This document shows, in pieces, positions 57,659 to 64,000 of a DNA stretch of 64,000 bases. Within the stretch, counting starts at the first letter, position 1; every line of letters starts with the position of its first letter. Under the pieces are notes generated by a model. It worked only from the letters and a program-made list of their open reading frames with translations. It made no database searches and was not told the origin of the DNA. Both the position numbers and the translations under genes were made by a program. Location: NCBI GenBank assembly GCA_021791415.1, contig JAJYWQ010000064.1, positions 4,476 through 68,475 on the forward strand. Direction: 5' to 3'. Origin of the DNA: a bacterium (GTDB taxonomy: Bacteria; Chloroflexota; Dormibacteria; Aeolococcales; Bog-877).

Positions 57659-58993
57659 TCACGCGGCTGACTCGCCCGAGGCCACGTCGATGCTGGCCCC
57701 GGCCCCGGTCTCGACGCCGCCGATGAACCAGGCCACCGCCCCCAGCAGTCCGATTGCCCACACCACCGCCGAGAAGATGGTGAAGCCGGTGAGGCTGTAG
57801 CTCTGGGTCAGGTAGATGGTGACGATGTAGAGGCCGATGCTCACAAAGCGCACCACCGCGGTGTAGGTTCCCCGCACCCTGGTCGGCCACACCTCCCCCT
57901 TCAGCGTGTCCTCGGTGAGATAGCTGATGTTCACGAAGAGGTTGAGCACGACGAGGAGCAGGAAGAAGAGCGCCGCGGAGGCGGCCCAGGCGCCGGTGGT
58001 CACCGAGAGGAGCAGCGTCACCAGGAAGGAACCGCCGTATCCGAGCACCAGAAGCATCTTGCGGCTCAGGCGGTCGGCCCAGAAGGCGAAGAACCCGGAG
58101 ATGAACCCGGTGAGGGTGGCGGTGAGCAGGATGGCTGCCGAGAGCTTGGGGAAATGGGCCGGGCCGAGCACATAGGTCATGAGCCCGAAGCCGGCGGTGC
58201 CGGCGAAGGCCGTGGCCGTGGTGGCGAACAGCCGAAGCCACATGGGGACGCGGCGGGCCGCTCCCGAGGCGTTGGCGGCGGCGGTGGCGGCGGCGGCGGC
58301 CTCCTCACGGGCGCGGTACTGCTCGGCGCCGTAGAAGCGGTCGATCTGCTCGCGCGCACGGTCCTCCTGCCCGCGGCTGCGCAGCCAGCGGATGGACTCC
58401 GGGGTCTTGGTCCGGGCGAAGAAGAGGATCCCCAGGACCACGAGGAAGGTGATGGCGATCATGCCGCGCTGGAAGGCCACGCCCTTGTAGGCACTGAGGA
58501 GAGAGACCGCGGCCAGCAGCAGGCCGCCCAGGTTGATGCCGTTGATCTCCAGCATCATGGCCTTGCCCCGGTGGCGATGGGGCATCACCTCATGGGAGGC
58601 GGTCATGATGGTGTTCATCTCGCCTCCGGCGGCGAAGAGCATGATCGCCAGGAACGCCAGGATCATCCAGTAGGTAGGGCTGAAGGCCAGCCCGATGGCG
58701 CCGATGCCGTACAGCCCCATGGTCAGGTAGAAGGTGGTGCGCCGACCCACCCGGTCCGAGAGCGGGCCGGCCACGGCGATCCCGATGATCAGCCAGATGG
58801 GCGACCAGGAGAGCAACAGGGAGCGCAGGCTTACCGGCATCGCCACCCAGCCGGTGGCGATGGTGGCCATTCCGAAGATGTAGGCCTCCAGCACCATCCC
58901 CAGGACGAAGGAGGTGAAGTTCCAACTGTCGGTCGGGCCCCACCTCTCCCCGGTCTGGGCGGTGGACCCCTCGCGCGCGCCAGCGATCGTGGC
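57659..58993 (-). CDS. MFS transporter
   Basis: Track ORF 57659..59173. Start MATIAGAREG. 12 TM segments. Sits between the LacI regulator and the nucleoside hydrolase. Confidence 0.75.
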   Translation of the reverse strand, partial: ATIAGAREGSTAQTGERWGPTDSWNFTSFVLGMVLEAYIFGMATIATGWVAMPVSLRSLLLSWSPIWLIIGIAVAGPLSDRVGRRTTFYLTMGLYGIGAIGLAFSPTYWMILAFLAIMLFAAGGEMNTIMTASHEVMPHRHRGKAMMLEINGINLGGLLLAAVSLLSAYKGVAFQRGMIAITFLVVLGILFFARTKTPESIRWLRSRGQEDRAREQIDRFYGAEQYRAREEAAAAATAAANASGAARRVPMWLRLFATTATAFAGTAGFGLMTYVLGPAHFPKLSAAILLTATLTGFISGFFAFWADRLSRKMLLVLGYGGSFLVTLLLSVTTGAWAASAALFFLLLVVLNLFVNISYLTEDTLKGEVWPTRVRGTYTAVVRFVSIGLYIVTIYLTQSYSLTGFTIFSAVVWAIGLLGAVAWFIGGVETGAGASIDVASGESAA

Positions 58994-58997
58994 CATC

Positions 58998-60090
58998 TCA
59001 GAAATCCTCCCTGCTCCGAACGACTTCGCCGCCCCTTGGGGCGATGCCAGATGATGCCAGGGGCACCCCCTGCCCGGCCACCGGCCGAGGCGGGGGAGCG
59101 GTGCTCTCGCGCACCACCAGTTCCACGGCGAGCCGCTCCGGTTCCGGGACATCCTCCCCACGCAGGAGTCCAACCAAGAGGTCGACCGCCACGCGAGCGA
59201 GCTCCTCCAGCGGCTGCCGGATGGTGGTCAGAGCGGGGACAGCGTACCTGCCCGGTTCGATGTCGTCGAAGCCCACCACAGATACCTGGGCGGGTACCCC
59301 AAAACCCGAAGAGCGGAGCGCCGAGATCGCCCCCAGGGCCATGAGGTCGTTGGCACAGAAGATGGCTGTGAAGTGGCGCCCGGAGCGGATGAGCTCCAAG
59401 GCGGCCCGGTGTCCAGAGCCCTCGGTGAAGTCGCCGTGGGTCACAGGGCCGGGGTCGATCCCCGCCTCCTGCATCCGATCCCGGTAGCCCTCCCACCGCT
59501 CGGTCGCGACCGAGAGCCCGCGGGGGCCGGCGACATGCGCGATCGCCCGGTGACCCAGCCTCACAAGGTGATCTGTGGCCATCCCGCCTCCGGCCCGGTG
59601 ATCGGCCTGGACCGAGGCGGCGCTGCCGCCCGCGGCCGCCCGGTCGAGGGCCACGATCTTCATCCCCGCCCCCCGCCGGCGCCGGATCTCTTGGGGGGAG
59701 ATCGACAAACCCATGGCCACGACTCCCTGGATCTGGCGGCTGGCGAGCATCTCTAGGTACTCCGCCTCCGCCTCCGGGACGCCCTCGGTGTTGCACAGCA
59801 GAACCGTCTTCCCGTGGTGGCGGGCGCGCAGCTGCACCGCCTTGACCAGGGCCGGAAAGAAGGGGTTGGCGATGTCCGGCAGCATGAGGGCGAAGGAGTC
59901 GCTCGCCCTCAGGGCCAGGCTTCGCGCCACCGCGTTGGGTCGGTAGCGGAGTCGAGCCGCGCTGTCCCGGACGCGGGCCACCGTGCCGGGGCTGATGTCC
60001 CCGATGCCCCGCAGTGCCCTGGACACCGTGGAGGGGGACAGCCCGGTCGCCCTCGCCAGGTCGTATATGGTCGTCGTGGCCCCGGGCAAG
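58998..60090 (-). CDS. LacI-family transcriptional regulator
   Basis: Track ORF 58998..60260. Likely TTG start ~60090 after a GGGAGG SD. N-terminal HTH TTTIYDLARATGLSPSTVSRAL plus a periplasmic-binding-like core. Confidence 0.8.
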
Positions 60091-60314
60091 CCTCCCCTCC
60101 CAGCTGTCCCGCTCTGCTGCCGCAACCGGTTGCAGGCGATGCTAGGAGGCGAGGGCCCAGCTGTCAAGAGGTGGCCGGGGCAGTGTCGGCTCACCCACCG
60201 AAGAAGGCGCCAGCAGGCCGTCCTGCGTAACGGGGCCCAGGAGCCGACCGGCGCAGCCAAAGCTCCCGTCCAGGTCGCAGCGCTCCCCCTGACCCTCGCC
60301 GAATCTGACCCAGC

Positions 60315-61703
60315 TCAGGTCGACACCGGGGCGTCTTCGGCCGCTTCCCTGCCCACGACGGAGAACAGGGCCACCAGTGCCAGCAGGGGAATCTGGGCCA
60401 GGTACTCGTCCAGGCTGCGCCAGCTCAGCCAGAAGCCGGCGAGGATGAGCACCGAGGCGGCCACGCGGTACTCCCGGGCGAGCGCCCCCCAGGCCCAGAT
60501 CCCCAGCATCGCCAGCGCCGTCAGTCCCAGCAGGAGGGTGCGCGAGGGAGCGGGGATGTAGCCGGCCAGCACCAGCGTGATCGGGCCGGAGCCGAGCGGG
60601 AAGGTGTGCGCTCTAAGGTTCCCGACGATGGTCCCGACGGCGTCGGGGTACCGGATGAGCCAGGGGACGACTGCAATGAGGAGAGTGGCGGCCCCGGCCA
60701 CCAGGCGGCGCGGCACCTGACCTTCCTCGACCGCCAGCAGGAGGTACCCGGGGGCGAAGAACCAGGCCAGCTGGTTGCTGCCCACTGCCAGTGCCAGGCA
60801 GACGGCAGAGACCACCGGACGGCGGATCCAGAGGACGGAGAGGGCCATCAGGGCGTACGCGAAGGTCTCGCCGTTGCCGTTGGCCGCGAAGTTGACCAGA
60901 GACCCGTTCAGGAAGAGGGTGAAAAGGAGCAAGCCCCCGGCCGCCGGCCAGAGGGAACCCGCTGCCAGGACCACCGCCAGAAGCAGCACCAGGACGGGAA
61001 TGGAGGTCCAGACGGTCCGCGCCCAGAGTGGCAGCCTGGCGACCGGGACCATGGCGACGGGCGTCAGGGGTGGCTTCCCCAGAGGGGAGAAGAGTCGTAG
61101 ACCGCCCCGGTCCGGGCCGCTGGCCGCGGCCAGGATCTGAGCCGGGGTCGGGTACACCGCCACGTTCCTCAGGGGTCCGACCTTGAGCGGGGTGGCCAGG
61201 GTGGGCGAGACGCCCAGGGAGCGCAGGCAGGTGATCTCCGGGACCCGATAGGGATCGGCGCCGGCGGCGATGGCCCGTGCACCGCAGACGGCCATGGCGT
61301 TGGCATCGTCCACCAGCTGGCGGCCCCGCACCACCGGAGGCACGGCGGTCACCAGCACCACCAGGAGGGCGAGGGCCGCGAAAAGGGGGCTCATGGCGAG
61401 CAGACGGTGGGGCTTGCAGCGGACCACCCAGGAAGCCAGGGGACGGCGCAGGGCCAGGACGGTCAGGACGCAGAAGACCAGGAAGGCCAGATACTCGAGG
61501 ATGAAGTTGGCGAGCTCAACGCCCCTGCCGGGCAGGTGCTGGCTCAGGAACTGCGAGTTCGAGGCCTTGAACGCCACCATGGCCAGGGCGAGGACTATGA
61601 GCCGGTCAGCCCGCTCCCCGGACGGTCGCCATGCGGGAATGAGGCGGGTGAGGCGTGCCTGCATTACCTGCGCGGTCCCAACTCGCACCTCTGATCTCCC
61701 CAA
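60315..61703 (-). CDS. polytopic membrane protein, GT-C-like glycosyltransferase (DUF2029/GT87-like)
   Basis: 462 aa, ~11 predicted TM helices. Family call is tentative. Confidence 0.4.
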   Translation of the reverse strand: MGRSEVRVGTAQVMQARLTRLIPAWRPSGERADRLIVLALAMVAFKASNSQFLSQHLPGRGVELANFILEYLAFLVFCVLTVLALRRPLASWVVRCKPHRLLAMSPLFAALALLVVLVTAVPPVVRGRQLVDDANAMAVCGARAIAAGADPYRVPEITCLRSLGVSPTLATPLKVGPLRNVAVYPTPAQILAAASGPDRGGLRLFSPLGKPPLTPVAMVPVARLPLWARTVWTSIPVLVLLLAVVLAAGSLWPAAGGLLLFTLFLNGSLVNFAANGNGETFAYALMALSVLWIRRPVVSAVCLALAVGSNQLAWFFAPGYLLLAVEEGQVPRRLVAGAATLLIAVVPWLIRYPDAVGTIVGNLRAHTFPLGSGPITLVLAGYIPAPSRTLLLGLTALAMLGIWAWGALAREYRVAASVLILAGFWLSWRSLDEYLAQIPLLALVALFSVVGREAAEDAPVST

Positions 61704-61774
61704 GGTTGACCCTCTGCGATGATGCGGCCGCGCCGCCGCCCGAGTCCAGAGGGCCGCCCAGGAATAATGGGCGG

Positions 61775-62242
61775 GTGGATCCCGATCCCTTGACCTACCG
61801 GGACCGGTGGCGCGTACGGCAATACGAGATCGATGCCTACGGGCACGTGAACAACGCGGTCTACCTCAACTGGGCGGAGGAGATGGCGTCGCGCCACGCG
61901 GAGGTGAGCGGGTTCGGGGCGGAGTGGGCTTCCCAGCACGGCGGGGGCTGGGTCATCCGCCACCATGACGTCACCTATCACGCTCCGGCGCGATTTGGAG
62001 ATGAGCTGGAGCTCATGGTCCAGGTCGAACTGATCCGTGGTACCCGAGGGCAGCGACGAACCACCATCCACCGGGCCTCGGATCACCGACTCCTGGCGGA
62101 GATATCGACCGAGTGGGCCTGGGTGCGACTGTCGGATGGGAGGCCGGCCCCCGTCCCGGAGGAGCTGGTGAGGGTGGCTGCCCCGGCGACCGCTACCACT
62201 CTGGCGAGGCGGGCGGTCGGGAGACGGGGCGCGCTGCGCTGA
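61775..62242 (+). CDS. acyl-CoA thioesterase, hotdog fold (YbgC/4HBT-like)
   Basis: C-terminal ~155 aa of track ORF 61655..62242. YEIDAYGHVNNAVYLNW motif. Confidence 0.7.
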   Translation: MDPDPLTYRDRWRVRQYEIDAYGHVNNAVYLNWAEEMASRHAEVSGFGAEWASQHGGGWVIRHHDVTYHAPARFGDELELMVQVELIRGTRGQRRTTIHRASDHRLLAEISTEWAWVRLSDGRPAPVPEELVRVAAPATATTLARRAVGRRGALR

Positions 62243-62249
62243 GCCCGCC

Positions 62250-63224
62250 CTACCAGGCGTACGCCTCGGGAGCGGCGCCCCCCGGGCCGGGGAAGATCTG
62301 GTCCAGCCGGGTCAGCTCGGCATCGCCCAGGGTGAGCTCGAGGCATTGAGCAGCTTGGGTCAGCTGAGCCTCGGTCCTCGGCCCGATGATCGGAGCCGTC
62401 ACTCCGGGTTGGGCCAGCAGCCAGGCCAGGGCCACTTCCGAGGGGTGGCTCCCGACCTCCTGGCAGAGCCGCTCGTAGGCGGCGAGCTGGTCACTGTGCT
62501 TGGCGCCCCGCTCCCTGGCCTGGGCGTCGGTGCGCCTCCCCACGTGGTCGGCGCCGGGCGTGCCACCCAGGATGCCGGAGGCCAGAGGGCTCCAGGGGAT
62601 CATCCCGATCCCGTACTCACGGCAGGCCGGGAGCACCTCCAGCTCCACCTCGCGTGAGAGGAGGTTGTATAGCGACTGCTCACTCACCAGGCCCTGAGCC
62701 CCCCTGGCCCGCGCCTGCTCCTGGAAGCGCGCCAGGTGCCAACCGGCGAAGTTCGACGAGCCAATGTAAATGACCTTTCCTTGCTGGCGCAGGAGTTCGA
62801 GCGCGCCGAGCGTCTCCTCCAGCGGGGTAGCACGATCCACGTGGTGCATCTGGTACAGGTCGATGTGATCTGTCCGCAGCCGACGAAGGGAGGCCTCGCA
62901 GGCGCTGATGATGTGCCGCGCCGACAACCCGCCCTCGTTGGGCCAGTCGGAGGTGCGGGCGAATACCTTGGTCGCCAGAACCACGCGCTGCCGGTGGTCG
63001 CCCTGGCTCAGCCACTCACCGACCACCTCCTCGGTTAGGCCGATCCTGACGGCGCGCCCATACACGTTGGCGGTGTCGAAGAAGTTGATCCCCATCTCCA
63101 GCGCCTGGTCCATGATCCGATGGGCCACCGGTGGCTCAGTCCTCGTCCCGAAGTTCATGGTCCCCAAGCAGAGCCGGCTCACCTTCAAACCCGAGCGGCC
63201 CAAGTGCACGTAGTCCATGGTCAA
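62250..63224 (-). CDS. aldo/keto reductase
   Basis: 324 aa. AKR motifs (FFDTANVYG, LYQMHHVD). GGGAGGA SD. Confidence 0.85.
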   Translation of the reverse strand: MTMDYVHLGRSGLKVSRLCLGTMNFGTRTEPPVAHRIMDQALEMGINFFDTANVYGRAVRIGLTEEVVGEWLSQGDHRQRVVLATKVFARTSDWPNEGGLSARHIISACEASLRRLRTDHIDLYQMHHVDRATPLEETLGALELLRQQGKVIYIGSSNFAGWHLARFQEQARARGAQGLVSEQSLYNLLSREVELEVLPACREYGIGMIPWSPLASGILGGTPGADHVGRRTDAQARERGAKHSDQLAAYERLCQEVGSHPSEVALAWLLAQPGVTAPIIGPRTEAQLTQAAQCLELTLGDAELTRLDQIFPGPGGAAPEAYAW

Positions 63225-63835
63225 GCGTGTCCTCCCAAGGCTGCGGGCTCAGAAGCGGGTGTCGGCCTTGACCCCGACGTCGAGCCGAAAATCGTCAAAC
63301 ACCGCGGCCGCGCGGCACCGTCTGGCCGACTGATCCACCATACGCGAAACGAGGAGCCGCCAGGCCCGCGGGTCCGGCCTCAGCCGGAAGCTGGCCGCCC
63401 ACTTGCTGTCTCCACAGTCCGGCGCTGTGGCCTGTCGCTGACGCCGCCCCGCCGGTCCGCCCGTGCAGAGTTTGCCCGCCAGGGGAGATTGGGTATTGAC
63501 ATGGCCGACGCGGAATGAGACAAGTACCGCCGGGGCTTCCCTCCGGGAGGCGCCGGGTACAGATGGCTGCGAGGCGGAGGGTACAAGTTGCGCGGTCCGC
63601 GCCTGGGTGTCCCTGCTGCCACGAGCGGCCAGGGGCCGCGCTGCGAACTGGCTTCGGGTAGCGGCAGCGCCACTTCCACCTCGCAACGGTCTGCCAGGCT
63701 GATGGCAACAAGTCGGCGGGTCGGCCCACTGAACGCCCTTGCCGAGGAGGCTCCCCGGCAGGCTTGAGCGTCTCTGTGCGACCTGGCGTCATCCAGCCCA
63801 TGAGAAGCGGGCCCGCGGCGGCTCGACCCCGCCCG

Positions 63836-64000
63836 TGACCTCAGGCCGGCCTTCTGCCGCGGGGGAGTCCCGCGATGAGTCTCTGGGCGAGGAGGCGGAG
63901 TCCGCCCTGCTGCCCTACGTACCCAACTTGGCACTGGATTGGGTCGCCGGCGGCTCAGGCGACCTGGTGCGGCAGTTGGAGGGCACGCTGGCCTTCGTCG
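63836..64000 (+). CDS. N-terminus of adenylate/guanylate-cyclase-domain regulator (LuxR-type large ATPase family), partial
   Basis: In-frame translation ESLGEEAESALLPYVPNLALDWVAGGSGDLVRQLEGTLAFV matches the conserved cyclase-domain N-terminus. The ORF runs off the window. Confidence 0.5.

Noticed and set aside
58240-58300. GGC/GCC trinucleotide-rich stretch (GGCGGCGGTGGCGGCGGCGGCGGC)
   Set aside because: It codes for an Ala-rich cytoplasmic loop (AAAATAAANASGAA) of the MFS transporter on the minus strand. It is a coding low-complexity segment, not a structured repeat or CRISPR.
1-64000. Search for CRISPR arrays, rRNA genes, or integrase/phage genes
   Set aside because: I found no regularly spaced direct repeats, no rRNA-like conserved segments, and no integrase or recombinase. 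The only mobile DNA is the IS630 copy and the putative IS21 remnant.

Overview
This is a densely coding chromosomal segment from a high-GC (~70%) bacterium that looks like an actinobacterium. The actinobacterial call rests on LLM/F420-type oxidoreductases, an ECF sigma/anti-sigma pair and a VIT transporter. I see no rRNA and no CRISPR array. There is one tRNA, tRNA-Gly(CCC), on the minus strand at ~45692-45766.

Main blocks, in order:
- 1-7200: AraC + glyoxalase pair; a minus-strand alpha/beta hydrolase-thiolase-DUF885-hypothetical operon; an MFS transporter.
- 7344-10363: an orphan family-5 substrate-binding lipoprotein ending in a double hairpin, then a degenerate IS21-like helix-turn-helix remnant.
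- 10405-12220: two tandem Fes-like esterases.
- 12226-15634: three translationally coupled ATP-dependent amidoligases (GCS2/YbdK-type + large ATP-grasp-like + RimK-like ATP-grasp). No substrate gene is recognisable. This is my top candidate for an undescribed biosynthetic or peptide-tagging system.
- 15980-30576: a ~14.6-kb plus-strand operon. It has a Liv-type ABC importer, a benzoylformate-decarboxylase-like TPP enzyme, a CocE/NonD hydrolase, an LLM oxidoreductase, and two EntE/DhbE-type aryl-acid adenylases each paired with an amidohydrolase-2 (reversible decarboxylase family) gene, plus a TrmB-like regulator. No carrier protein or NRPS is present.
- 30579-35080 (minus): amidohydrolase-2, SDR, an OsmC/Ohr-like gene whose catalytic-Cys codon is an in-frame TGA followed by a hairpin (selenoprotein candidate or pseudogene), and an orphan molybdenum-hydroxylase large subunit.
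- 35225-40843: assorted genes including a second LLM F420-type oxidoreductase, mscL, a MarR/hydrolase pair with a perfect 15-bp operator palindrome, and a GNAT.
- 40995-45766: an IS630 element with imperfect inverted repeats, a small cargo cassette, an ECF sigma/anti-sigma pair, and the tRNA-Gly.
- 45840-54548: Lrp-like domain protein, VIT transporter, a fused mannose-1-P guanylyltransferase/phosphomannomutase, a CPBP protease, and a TPP riboswitch driving a cytX-like NCS1 permease with thiD.
- 54949-64000: pdxH; a LacI-controlled nucleoside-utilisation operon (MFS, nucleoside hydrolase, ribokinase); membrane glycosyltransferase-like protein; hotdog thioesterase; aldo/keto reductase; and the N-terminus of a cyclase/LuxR-type regulator.

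Two genes (LivM-type permease, VIT) show clear upstream homology with no ATG/GTG/TTG. ATC or ATA with Shine-Dalgarno spacing are the only start candidates. Coordinates I derived by hand-counting (refined starts, small elements) may be off by 1-2 nt.
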